Positions 25,626 to 38,884 of a stretch of 64,000 bases of DNA are shown here, in pieces. This stretch comes from Eledone cirrhosa (Eukaryota). Where the stretch lies: contig OZ024742.1 of the NCBI GenBank assembly GCA_964016885.1, positions 129,270,001 through 129,334,000 on the forward strand, in the 5' to 3' direction. Position 1 is the stretch's first letter; each line of letters starts with the position of its first letter. Both the position numbers and the translations under genes were made by a program. Below the pieces are notes generated by a model that worked only from the letters and a program-made list of their open reading frames with translations, was not told where the DNA came from and did not search any database.

Positions 25626-27660
25626 CTTGAACAATTGTTTTAGAGCAATGGATTGGCAAAATCAATAGTGTGTCAGATAAAAATAAAATGCCTTGCAGTT
25701 ATGACCCTCTGCATTTTGGGTTCAAATCTGACCAAGGTCAACTTTACCTTTTATCCCTCAGAAGTCAATAAAATAAAGTACCTGTAAAATACTGACATCA
25801 ATATAATCAAATTTCTCCTTGCCCTCCATCAAAAAAAGAAAATGTTGGATTTGTGTCTAAATTAGAAATCATTATACTTGTAGATTAGGGGAGGGTGATT
25901 CATTTCACTGCCTAAGCACCAAGCAAAGAGCAAAGAAGGCAAAAGGTGACCCCAAATTGATAAGCTACCATGTAACCAGTTGAGATAGTGACTGGCAGCT
26001 CATTAGTCATTCTTGGACCTACACTGCTTCTAATGGCAAGTGTTCCAGTTATTCAAACAATGTAACAGCCTGCACCTGAAATTAATGTGTACCTGGTTGA
26101 GCATGCCACAGACAAGTGTACCCTTAATGTAATTCTCAGAGAGATTCTGTGTGACACAGTGATAAGGTTGAGCTTTTGAATGACAAGTACAACTCATTTT
26201 TATTAGCTAAGTGGCCATGCTGGTCACATGACAAAAAGCACCTAGTGCACCCTGTTGAGTAGCTATTTCGGTATCAACTGTAGAAACCAAGCTAAAATAC
26301 AAATCCATATGAGCAAGACATGGCCACCTGACCTGAATTGTCTCATAATGGTCCAATTTATCTAACCCATGCAAGCATGGAAAATGGATGTTAAATGATG
26401 ATGATGATGATGATGATGAAATGGAATGAAGCATCGTGAAAGTATCATGCTTAATAATACAATGCACCACAGGGACTCAAACTTACAACCATTAATTTTT
26501 TTTAAAAAAAGGGAGAGGACCCTTAACTTCTAATGGAGATGTAGGGGTACTGTGCTGACACCTGCCATGTCTTAAGAATTTTAAACCTGGTAGAGCCTAC
26601 TCAGGTTGGAACACAGACAATTTCTTCCAGAGAAATAGAGAGAGTGATGAAGAGAGAGAAAGGAAGAATTGACCTCAGTACCAGACTGGTAGTTTATTTA
26701 TCACCTTGAAATGATAAAAAACAAAGTTGTCCTCACTGAGATTTGAACTGAGAGCGCAGTGAGTCAGAACAAATACTGAAGTAGTTTTAATCCTTTTGAT
26801 ACCAAACCACCTAAAACCACCATTGGTTCAATGACACACGGCTGTTTATTTTAAGTTATTTATATAAAAACCTTCCATTGTAATTTTATGTAAAAATAAT
26901 ACTTTACTAAGTTATGCTCTAAACACTAACTCAATATTGAGGAAGTTATATTGCTTCTACACATCTGTTACCATGAGGAAGTTCCTCCTCCAGTTCACCC
27001 TGTCCAGCATTGTTATGTGAAATTCCCTTGCCTGGTATCATCTTCAAGCATACCCTTCAGTATGATGTTTGGTCTACCAACTCATCTGCATACATCTGGT
27101 TTACAGAGAACTCTGCCATATTACTAAAATCCTCTCAAATTTTCAAAATTAGTTGAAAATCATATGTAGCGTACTTCATTAGAAATATGAGAATGAAAGA
27201 GCTAATCCAACACCCTAACAAGTGTCAGTTTGCTGCCTTAGGTCATCCAATTAGCCCAAAGTATTACAAAACCTGAAATAAATGGTCTAAAACTCAATTA
27301 CTAAGTGGTGTAATTAAGCAGCTCAGCTTCAGGATTTTACTGGTAACATAATTTATAAGCCTCTGTTGGAAAGCAGGATTCGCAATGTTCAGATTTTTTA
27401 CATGATTTTAACTACTTTTAACACAGAACCCACTAAATATTAATGTGTCCAATCTGGCTGGTTCCCTATCACCATGTTATCTCCACTGTATTTTAACAAA
27501 CACATAAGATATATACATATATATATATATACATACTCATACATATATATATGTGTATGTATGTATGTATGTATGTATGTATGTATTTAGAAGTGGCTAC
27601 ACAACAGTTAGTTCACCATACCAAAAACAATTGTTTCACCTTAGCAGATCCTCAGCTCGT

Positions 27661-27701
<41 letters not shown>

Positions 27702-27767
27702 CAAAGGAATTGTGGTAAGGAACCAGATGGACCATAACGCACCAGAGTACTCAATACTTAGGGTAGT

Positions 27768-27912
27768 AGAGTGGGAAATAGGAAAAAGTATGACCCCGAC
27801 GGCAGAGTGGGAAATAGGAAAAAGTATGACCCCGACGGCAGAGCTCAAGCCGTTTCGACATGAAATAGCCGTCGAAACAGCTTGAGCTCTGCCGTCGGGG
27901 TCATACTTTTTC
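27768..27912. repeat. 36-bp tandem duplication followed by a 42-bp near-perfect hairpin
   Basis: Arms 27818-27859 and 27871-27912, 11-nt loop, one mismatch. Lies between (TA)n and (GA)n tracts. Confidence 0.93.
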
Positions 27913-27955
<43 letters not shown>

Positions 27956-29287
27956 AAAAAAGAGAGAGAAAGAGAGGGGGGGGGGGGTAATTGGCAGAAA
28001 CTATCCCTGACAACTGACATATTCACAGAGGAAAATAGAGAAAAATAAATTTTTTTCCGTCAAGAAAAATTTTTTTTTTCCTTTTCGCTAGCAAGTCAAC
28101 TCATATTTATTGTATATAAACATATTATATAAGTTTACATGTTTTCATATACACCTCTCTGTGTGTAAATATATATACATATACAGACAGAGAGAGAAAG
28201 AGAGATGCATACACACTACATACATTCACACTTACTTGTTCAATTTTTGGGGGGGAAGGGGGTGGGGTCTTTTAACTGAAATATACATACACCCACACAT
28301 ATATTACGTTTATCAACATACTTCAAAGAAATTGCAGACCAATATGAATTTCATGAGTAAGTATATCAACATGTTTTTTTTTGCTCTTTAAACTATGGTC
28401 AGAGCTCATAATAAATATTTATTGTGTTTTGTAACAGTGTGTAGTGTCAGATATTTGAAACAGCATTTGTGTACATGTACACAGCTTGTAAGAATATATT
28501 TCAGGGTAGTTAATATTAGAAAAGGCCCTTAACTCTTGATGGAGTCTTAGGAAGACTGTGAAAAGGATGAAAGGTGAAGTTGAGCTCAGCAGGACTTGAA
28601 CTCAGATTGCATTAAGTTAGAACGAATAGAGGCCTTTTTCAGCAAACACCCAATATTATTGCAATAAAACCTGTGAAGTTAGTGTGATAGATGGATCAAA
28701 GTTCACCTGTCTATTCCATACCCACATACCTGTCTATTCTAAATATTGATTACGATTGTATAAGTATTTTTCAGCACTAGAATGCTTAAACCTTCTGATA
28801 ACAACCTACCTGAATCTGCCCCCGTCTATTTGAAAGTGTTCATACTTAGATTAATTCTTAACATCATATACTGCATAAAATTGCATTAGCAAGATATCCT
28901 TGAAAAATACAAAAAAAAAAAATCAGCACTATCACTAAATCACATAAAACCTACTGCAAATTTTCACAATGATCTATCCACTATTAAAGATACTATAAAC
29001 ATTTGAGTTAACAAACCACATGAATCCACATTAGCAAGATTTTATGAAAAGTACAAAAAGCAACAATATGACTGCATCAAATATTAAAGTCTTTACACTA
29101 ATAGTGCAAATCTGTTCACTAATACAGATACTATAACATTTTATTTAACAAATAACAGGATGTTAAGAGTTAGAGCATTCCATTATTTAAGAAATATTTA
29201 TGTTATGTTCCAAGCATCAGTTTACTAATGAAAAAGTTATGTAGCTACTAAATTCCTGCAAATTTTTATTATTTTATAAATTAATTG

Positions 29288-29540
29288 AGGCATGTGGCCT
29301 AGTGGTAAGAGTGTTGAACTTGTAACATTGTGGGTTCAATTCCAGGACTGGGTTGTTTGTTGTGTTCTTTAACAAAACACTTCATTTCACATTGCTCCAA
29401 TATACTCAGCTGAAAATGAGTACCAGTAATAGCTGTGGGTTTAACCCTGCAATTGACTAGCATCCCATTCAAGGGGGAATCTTGTACTCTCAGTTTCTTC
29501 ACGCCATAAGCACCAGCCTGGTGAACCTCTAAGCTCATGG
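29288..29540 (+). mobile_element. tRNA-derived CORE-type SINE
   Basis: A-box TGGCCTAGTGG, B-box GGTTCAATTCC and CAAAACACTTCATTTCACATTGCTCC core. Paralog at 50256-50542. Confidence 0.8.
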
Positions 29541-30118
29541 CAAAAATATAACAAAGGTGTTAAGGGACAGGTTTTTGTATACTGGACATTTCCATATTGT
29601 TAAAGGTGGTGAATTGGTAGAGTTGTTAGAACATCGGACAGAATATATTGTGGCATTCATTCCCGCTCTCTGCATGCAAATCCCACCAAGGTTAACTTTG
29701 CCTTTCATCCTTTCGAGGTTGTTAAAAAAAGTATCAGTCTAGTACTAGGGTTGATTCTTCCTCTATATCTCTTTCTCTCACTTTCTATCCTTCTCTGGAA
29801 GAAATCTGCAGTGTTCGACCTGGAGAGGGCTTAAAATGCCCAAGAAACACCATGTAAATACAGTGCCCCTATGATTCCAGTTACAAGAGAAAAGAATAAA
29901 GATATGGACTGAGTATTTCATTAGAAATGAGGTAACAAAGGTGTTAAAGGAAAGGTCCTTGTATATTGGACATTTCCATATTGTTGAAGAAAGGGCATAT
30001 TATGATTGTAAGCACATCACCCTAGCCACTGTGTCATGGTCAGTGGTCAAACATCTAAACTTCACTGCTTCTGTGTTGCTTTTCAAATGTAAACAGCTCT
30101 TGCTGCCATGGTTATTAA

Positions 30119-30300
30119 CTCTTTGACATCCTGTACTACATGAAACAACAAGATAGCATCACATTAAAAATTAAAGTCTTTACTCTCTAATACTGCAAAT
30201 TTTCAATATAATCTGTCTCCTAGTATAGATACTATAAACATTTGAATTAACAAATCCGTTTATAGATATTTTCTGCTAAATCATTACATGATGTTAAGAG
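30119..30300 (+). mobile_element. TTAA-type MITE family A, both ends present
   Basis: TTAA|CTCTTTGACATCCTGTA ... TACATGATGTTAAGAG|TTAA. Confidence 0.88.
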
Positions 30301-30369
30301 TTAAGGAAATTATATCTAAATAAATGTACATCGGTCATGAATACAAGCAGCTGAAATGGGGTTCCCCCG

Positions 30370-30725
30370 AAAGGTTTTTGGAGTAATGTTACTCAATAGA
30401 ATGCATAGCTCAGAGAGCTACTCCAGGTAGATCTGCTACGAATTGAGAGATCACAGCTCTGTTACTACAAACATGTGATTAAAATGTCTCAGGAAAGAAT
30501 CACTGGACAGATTTTACAGGCAAAACCAATTGGCAAGAGACCTAGGGATAGACCCCAAGCAAGATGACTGGATAACACCCATCAGCTCAACTTGTCTGGC
30601 TTGAGGATCTAGCCAGATGGTTGCTTCTGACACAACCTACTGAAGGGCATGCTTGAGGACTCTGCCCTCTCAACTCTCCCAGGAAGAAAATGAAGAAGAC
30701 AAAGACAACGACAAAGAAGAAGACA
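30370..30725 (+). mobile_element. Decayed RTE-type LINE 3' end
   Basis: RIERSQLCYYKHVIKMSQE..QILQAKPIGKRPRDRPQAR*LD motif and (GAA)-rich tail. Minus-strand paralog at about 62700-63015. Confidence 0.7.
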
Positions 30726-32735
30726 ATAGTACATTTACAATGCTAAATCTATATTTAGTGTTACAAACGTGAAGAAGAAATACTGAAGATATTACATTTT
30801 ACACAGTTTCTTAACACTTTTCACTCCTCTCATGCCATATGTCATAAAAATATTTTATTATTATTATTATTATTATTATCATCAATTTAAATTTGTTCAG
30901 CTCTGAACATATCATACAATTATCTTATGAGAAAATATAACCGATATTAGATTTAAGAACTTTTTGCTCACCTCCCATCAAATCTAGAGAAACAGATTGA
31001 GTTCACTTAGTAAAGCTGAAAGTTAATAGCAGTGACACTGTGACATTTTCCTCGGGTAAATTTTAAACATCATTTGTGATTATCATTTCCTTGAAGTGAG
31101 AAGACCAGACTATTAATGCTTTATACGAATCAAGAGAATTCCAGTCAGCAAATTAAAAATGCCCCATATCAAACTTCTTTTGGGAAAGGTCTCTAACAGA
31201 AATTTTATACAACTATATAAAGAAGTATTGCACGTATATTATATAAAGCAAATAATATATATATATATACATACACACACACACAAATATATATACATAA
31301 ATGTACATCAATAATTCAACACACACACACACATGTATGTATTTATATACAAACAAAAACACTCTGCACTGGTATAAACTAGTTTTTAGCGTTCCTTCCC
31401 CTAACCCTTTTACATAAATATTCCTATATTAAACCAGCAGTGAAGCATATAGTAGCAAACAAGGTGTGAATGGATGAACAGCTGTTGAGAGTATAAAAAA
31501 GCAGGAGGGGAGAGTTTTTACCAAGTGACTCTACAGTATCAGTAGCAAGGAAAAACGGACGTTAGATGATGATGATGATGATGATGAAAATAATAGTGTT
31601 GGAGAACCTCCAAAACTGAAGTGTGTATTAATCCATAACATTCAAACACATCCATCAATAATAAATAAAGAAATAAATGAATAAATAAATAAAAAATAAA
31701 CTCTCGTCCTGATAAAATATGAACTGTAAGAATATCTAAATTTGAAATACAATGCCTTCCAGCAAATTTAAGATCTTAATACCCACCACCCCACCCCCAA
31801 AAAACCCTTATGTTTGATGCAGTTACTTAAGACACTTGACTTCTCTCTTTCTCTCTCTGTATGTACGTGTGTGTGTGTGTGTGTTTCTGTGTGTATGCCC
31901 CTTTTTGTTAATTTTCAGTTTCTTTTTGACTGGCCACCTTCCTGGCAGCAAGGTTGCAAAGAAAAAGAAATTTCTGTTGTCCCCTATGCAATCATTCATC
32001 ATTTGACTCTTAAGAGTATTTTACAGATTTTGAAGGTTCTCAATACCATGGCCAAGGAGCTATGTTATTTCTCCAAGAATCCAAGTTCAGTCATACTTTA
32101 GTTCAGACAGGTTGGTATATATCCTGGAGATACAATAATAATAGGTATGAAACTCAACATGTATTCTGGATACTGGATCTGCAAACTCTTCTAAATGGCC
32201 CATAGATATCCTCCTTCTCTTGTTTCTTCTACATTCGTGAACTGTGAACTGTTTTATTTGTGATGAGAGGTGTTTGTGAACCAAGGTTTCACTGTGTGTG
32301 CGTGTGTCAATGTGAGTATGTATGTATGTATGTATGCAGTGGTCAATAGTAACAGCATGAAACAGTTTATGAAATGTTGTCACAACACCCACAAACCCAC
32401 TCATTTGTCAACTCTGCCTCTCCAATGTGTAGGATCCCGGGAATATGCTGTCATATGGCCCAATCCCAACAGACAAAATTGAAAATATTCAAATTATAAA
32501 AACACACAGAATTTTCTTTTTTTCTTTCTCGTGAGGAAACTTATGACTGGAAAGGATCAACAAATGCTATTTATTACCAGTAGTGTAGTACAAATAAACT
32601 CAGGGACTATGTTATCTACTAAACCACCAATTTCTGCTTTGTAATTTCAAAATTTGTAACAATAATTAAATTTTCTTTCGAAGTACACTATAAATTTGAA
32701 ACGTGAAAGCAAATTCTATAACCAAGGGGTCTTAA

Positions 32736-33180
32736 CTCCTTCATTGCTGCATTTCTAGATATGTTCCAATCAATTGTGAAAATAATTTTTTAAAAATAAT
32801 TTGGAGGAATTTAATAAATATTTTTTTTTTACTATCAACCCTTTAGCATTTAAACCAGCCATATCCTGCCAGAATTCTCTCACCTCTTTCTGTTCAAACA
32901 AGCCCCAGCCAGCCTCTCCTATCGAGGTATTGTTCTCAAAATAAATAATATCAAAATCTCATAGATTCGATATTGTGTGAGATAATTGTGTGAAGAAAGC
33001 CCTTACTGCAAAAATGAAATAGTAAATATACAGTAATAGAAATGCTAAAGGGTTAAGCTGATGTTTGGAACATCAGTGAAACAAATATTTCTTAAATAAA
33101 ATTATGATGAAAGATTTTAAAATGGACAGTGTTGTATCACAAAACCGTGGCTAATTTCTAGCAGATTGGTATCAAAGGAG
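32736..33180. mobile_element. TTAA MITE family C hosting a family B insertion
   Basis: TTAA|CTCCTT ... TTGGTATCAAAGGAG|TTAA. Internal blocks are shared with 37512-37744, 42390-42604 and others. Confidence 0.75.
32839..33052 (+). mobile_element. piggyBac-like MITE family B
   Basis: Perfect 13-bp TIR CCCTTTAGCATTT / AAATGCTAAAGGG, flanked by TCAA and TTAA. Confidence 0.9.
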
Positions 33181-33439
33181 TTAAAGGAAATCTAGCAAAG
33201 ACAGAAGTTTTAGTTAGCAGAGAAGAATAAACTAATGCTATGCCATCTGGGAAGTGACCATACTCAATATACAGACAAAAAGGGTATCCTATGTAAACTA
33301 TATATGTACAAGAGCTGTAGTGGAATCACAGGCAAGCTAACAGAAAAAAAGATTTTATGCATAGTAGATTCACTGGAGTAGTTAGCGGTAAAAGCACCCA
33401 TGAAATAAATTCTTTCAAATGCTTGGAAGGCTCTCAAGA

Positions 33440-33815
33440 AGTAGCTGATAGTTTCCGTTAGCAAGGTGACCTTAATTAGTATTGGAGGTGAATGTTTCAA
33501 AAGCATAGTAACCAGATTAAGAACAGGGTGGAAATAACTGAGGGAATTATTACCCGTGTTGGCAACAAAGGGATTTTCTCTCTCTGAGAGTAAAAGGTAG
33601 ATTATATGATACAGTGTATGTTGTGTGATATTACAAGGTAGCAAAACATGGGCATTAAATGCAGGGGATGTGTGAAAACTGGAAAGAAATGAAGCAATCA
33701 TGCTCCACTGAATGTGTAATATTAATGTGCATGAACAATGAGGCACAAATGTGCTGAGAGAAAAGCTAGGTATAAGAGGAATCATATGTTGTGTGCAAGA
33801 AAGGAGACTAAAATG
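33440..33815 (+). mobile_element. Decayed RTE LINE fragment
   Basis: Homologous to 44640-45000 (SIVTRLRTGWK*LRELLPVLATKGFS..TWALNAGDV*KLERNEA) with stops. Confidence 0.85.
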
Positions 33816-35624
33816 AAAAATGAAATTCATAGTTTAACTGGCTTTATATGAGGTTGCATCTTGTAGGTTTCTAGGGTGTTATAAATATAGAGGTCATATT
33901 CCTATCATGAAATTTAACATGAAATGAAATGTTTTGCTTAAGAACACAACATGCTGCCTAATCGAAGAATCAAACACACCCAATGACTGTGAATCTAACA
34001 ACCTAACCACTAAGTCATGCTCCTCACAGAGGAGGATCTTGTACTGGTAAGGACATGTGAGGTGCAGAGAGGATAACAGTTGAGTAAAGAAGTGCCAATT
34101 ATCATAGTGAAAAGATTAGATTGCCAACAAACAAGTTACAAGTTGAAGTGCTCTAAAATCTTGTCCTGCTGCTTGTTTCAGCTTACCTAACATTTTAGAA
34201 TAGATGCCAGATCATCTAAGTGTGGTTGTTTAGACCCATGACATGATTAAAGGCATTCCACCCATGAGCATCTTGACTTTTGTTTTTCTAAGTACAAGGT
34301 ATCCAATGTTACTTGTGAGAAAGCCACAACCTATCCAAGGGGCAGAGTTATCTCTCTTCTGCTTCACAGCTTGAAACTGGAGCTAAAATATCAGTTCTTT
34401 GATACCCATTAAGTATTTGGCAATCTAGCAACCTTTTACATTACACTTACATAACATCTTACATATAGGCACAATAAGAATATTTAGCTATAACACTCGC
34501 TCTATTAATTCATATGTTTGAATGCTCAACCCACTCATGCTAGTTTGAAATGAATATGAAACTTAAGAAACAAAGTAGGTTGGAGTTTTTTTATATAAGT
34601 AGTCAGTATACAATTGACTTTTTGTTGTTTTTTTGTTTTTCTGACCTCATTTATACATTAGCTGACATTTTGAAACAGTCAAAATAAAGCTTGTTTTTAT
34701 TTGTATGTTAGTTTTTGTCATTGTTGTTGTGTTGGTGTTATATGAAGAACTGGCATTTCATCGGAACAAACAAAAAGTCTGCTTCCACTGTAAATAAAAC
34801 AAACCACTTGCTGTGATAGTTGATAGCAGTAATGCATACATATTGATCATCAAATGTTACTTTCTCAATTATAAACTCTCTCTCATGGAGCAGTCATTGT
34901 GGGTGAATCACCTGTCTCTTTCTCTCTCTTCTCTCACACACACATTTATTTCATGGTAGGACTAGAGGAAGAAGCAGTACCCATGGCCTTCACAGGCCTA
35001 CCGAGACCAAAGAGACTAATGCTGTTGATCAGCTATTTAAAAGCAAATACATGACCAACCTAAACTATTAAATCTATTGGCTCTTAGCCAACTTATGCAA
35101 TTGGCCAATGGAATGAATGGTTAACAATTGGTGATCTGTACATATCTATTTGTATTTTTAGTTGTAGAGATTGACCGATATGAAGAATTCACCATATAAG
35201 TTTACTGCCATTTCCATCAAATAAAAAAAAAAAAAATAAAAAAAAATTAAAAAAATCAATAATGGGTTATTTATTGTTTTTAAAACATTTTGTACTTACA
35301 TTAAATAAAGTGATAATTTGAGGAAGAAAGCCAGTGACCATAACCCGCTTTTATAAGATATCATTTGCTATCATATAATTTCCTGTGTGGGAGTGTTGAT
35401 ATGATGGATTATTTAAAAAAACATAAGCAGTGAATTGGTAAAGTCATTAGAGTGTAGGACAAAATACTTTGTGGTATTTGTTCCAGTTCTCTGAGTTTAA
35501 GTACTAGTTAAGTACCATGGTCAATTTAATCAAGTTTGCCATTCCCACAAATTTGTTGCCTAAATTAGAAATCAATATTTGTACTGACACTGCATTCTGA
35601 GTTCAAATCACACTATGGTCTATT

Positions 35625-35815
35625 TGAGTGGTAGACTTAATCCGTCACCCAGTTTAGTACCACCACTTGGCCCTTGAGTATTAGGCTTAATCTGTCACCC
35701 AGTGTAACATCATTATGAGGCCCTTGGGTGGTAGACTTAATTTGTCACCCAGTTTAACACCACCCTTGGGTGGTAGACTTAATTTGTCACCCAGTTTAAC
35801 ACCACCACTTGGCTC
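35625..35815. repeat. Degenerate tandem repeat (about 42-55 bp, 4 copies)
   Basis: GTAGACTTAATTTGTCACCCAGTTTAACACCACC core repeated. Confidence 0.75.
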
Positions 35816-37511
35816 TTTGGTGAATTGAACAGGGACTACTCCAATGCAAACATGTATGAGGATACTTTCTTTCCTACCACAGGCTTTAGTGAAAAGATTC
35901 ATGGGCACTGCCTTTCCGTCCCTGACTAAATAGTAAAAACAAATTCTTGATAAATAAAAAATAGTAGTTTGGAGCAGATTAGCACTGATCAAGCATTTCT
36001 ATAATCAAAGGCTTTCCAGCAACAACTATCTTACTTTTTCTCAGACATTGTATACTCTAGACTACATCAAACTTTTTTTTATTTTTTTAAATGGTAAAGT
36101 GTAATTTGAGAGAGATTTGGCTGTTATTTCTAACAAGCCTAAATCGGAGGCTTCTATGTTGTGAGTGTTTAACCCTAGCTGAACCTTGCTATGGTCTAAA
36201 TCACACTGGTTAATATGCAAAGATATATGTTAATAAGTTAACACAAAACATTGGATGTCACTAAAATCAAATGTCATGTCAAGGACCATCTAAATGAGTG
36301 GAGGATCAGAGACATGCATATCTGAGCAGGCTCAATCCAATGATGATGCTGATGAACTTCTTAACCCTTTTATTACCATATTTCTTATGAATTACACTCC
36401 CTGTGCTTCAATTAACTTTGAAAGGGACCAAACATTTGGAGAAATTTAATATAAAATAGTTTTTCATTATCAACACCGCTTAACATCTATTTTCCATGCT
36501 TGCATGGGTTAGATGGGTTGTCATATTCTGAGGATCGACTAGTCAAGTAACCAGGTCTAGCTCATATGTTCCATTTTTGGCATAGTTTCTATGCCTGGAC
36601 ACCCTTCCTTACTCCAACAACTTTACAGTGTGTACTAGGAAGCATTTTATCTTGATGCCAACACTACTACCTTACAGGTTGAACTGAGTGCTTTTTATCG
36701 TATCACCAGCACTACCACTTTACAGTGTGGATTGAGAGCATTTTATTGTGGCACCAACACTACTCCATTACAACACTGGGACACTATATGTTTCCCCAGC
36801 CAGACTGAAAGACAGTGGAGTGGGTGTGAGGAAAAGGTACAATGAGTTGGGGAGAGGGATCAAAGAGCTACATCTTGTTTGCTGAGGAAGGGGGTGTCTT
36901 ATCTCTGAGTGGGATAGCAAGAGCCAGGTCCTGAGGCTGATAGTAAACTGATATAATAAAATGATGTAAAGTTTTAATTTAAAGATTAACATTTTAAAAT
37001 GAGCAATTTTTTTATTATTATGGTTTAAGGTGGTTTGACATCAAAAAGGTTAAATCTGAGAATGTGAGTTGATCTTGCAACGGAGCATCAGTCAGGTATG
37101 GACAGCAGGAAAGATTTGTACAGAGTATACTCAAGTTGACAAGGAGGTACCAGACAACTGTCCAAGAAGTTGAAGGTTCATGATCTGTCATCTGGCACTG
37201 TGCCATGTTTATAGCTAAAATACCAGTTCACCCAGCTGTAAACTGATACACCACAGGATAAGAATAACTCCCTGTTGGAATCAGCAAAGAGCACAGTAAC
37301 AAAAATTATAATCATTTTAAGTTCCAGTGCCAATTTAATTTTTCCTGTGAACATAACTTGGAGAGAAAAGAACTCTACCAGACTGATTTGCACTTGATGT
37401 GATGTATAAAGTTGTCTGAGATCGCCGTCATCTCCCCCTTATAAAAATTTAAAAAAAATCAACTGAATATACAGCCAATAAAGTAGGTTTGCAAAAAAAT
37501 TGAAGTATTAA

Positions 37512-37744
37512 CCCCTTGGTTACCATATTTCTAATGAAAAATGCTACCTGATTTTCAAAAAAAAATGGGAAAATATAATCAAGGTTTAGTAATAAAACTT
37601 TCTCATTATTTATCTGGTTTTTGGAACATTACATAACAAAGGCTCTTACATAAAATTATGATGGGACGGTTTTAGATGAATATAAACACTATAAAATATA
37701 CAATTTTGTAATGTAGATCCAGGAACAGTTTGGTATCAAAAAGG
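37512..37744. mobile_element. TTAA MITE family C
   Basis: TTAA|CCCCTTGGTTACC ... TGGTATCAAAAAGG|TTAG. Confidence 0.7.
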
Positions 37745-38847
37745 TTAGAACCATTGGTTGATAAATATACATAAAGGATGACATGCTTGGAGAAGAATAC
37801 CTAATTAGTATTTAACAAGATGAAGCTAGAGTTCCCATGAGTAATTAGTGCAGATCGAAGAGTTGATGTTTAATTCAGTCCTGATAGAACAGACCTATGT
37901 ATGATGAAAAGGCATTTCAACAGTAACCATCACGTCTTTTAGGGATATGGAGATCTTCATCATCAAATGTGCCCTTTCCTTATTATATATCTAGTGAAAG
38001 ACACTGCCCATTATTTTAAAAATAATTTTGTAAATAACTACAAATTTGTAGTGATTTAATAATATAACTAACATTCTCATTAACAAGCTGGTGTTTAGAG
38101 CGTAACTTAAAGGTCCTTACATAAATTTATGATGGAAAGTTTTGAGATGAATATAAACACTTTAAAACAAGCAGTTGAATATCATGACTAAGGGTCATTT
38201 TAAATAGTTTGGTATCAAAAGGGTTAAGACAGAAGGGTATGTTTGTATGGATATTTGGCTGCTATTTCTAGTCAGTCAGTAGACCACATAAAGGCTCTCT
38301 CATTGGTTCAACAAATCTAAGAATTAAGCCATACAGTGGATTAAAGTGAGATAGAAATAGGCTGCATTGCAAACCCACATCACAATCCATTCAGACATAA
38401 AACCTTTGATGAAGATGAATGTCTTGTATAAAAATAAATGAGCCAAAATAGAATTTTAAGTGAATACTGAAGTTTATTCTGAACAAGTTCTTAATGTGTG
38501 TGTTAATTCTTAAAGAAGGAAAGCCTACCTGTAATAAAAATATTGTAGTGAAATTCAATATTTCCACATTCTCATGGGAAATACTATAATGTAACATTAA
38601 ATCAACAGGGAGTGATTCATTAAGGACTTAAATGCTTACTTGACTTCAAGTTATTTCCAACTTCATCTCTTAAAGTAAAAAATAAGTGAATGAATAAATA
38701 AATACCATAAATGCTGTTGGTGCAATTTTAACCATGATAAAATACAACCTAGTCCACACTGCTGACATCACAATAAAAAAAGCAACCAAACCACTCTAAG
38801 GTGGTAGTGCTGGTGCCATGATAAAATGTACTATTTTAACTAAATGC

Positions 38848-38884
<37 letters not shown>

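Noticed and set aside
32027-32213. Plus-strand open frame after TTTTACAG (DFEGSQYHGQG...)
   Set aside because: No recognisable homology, no partner exons, and it is opposite to the inferred transcription direction.
33264-33830. 188-aa minus-strand ORF
   Set aside because: Antisense shadow of a decayed RTE fragment. The same applies to 44644-45057.
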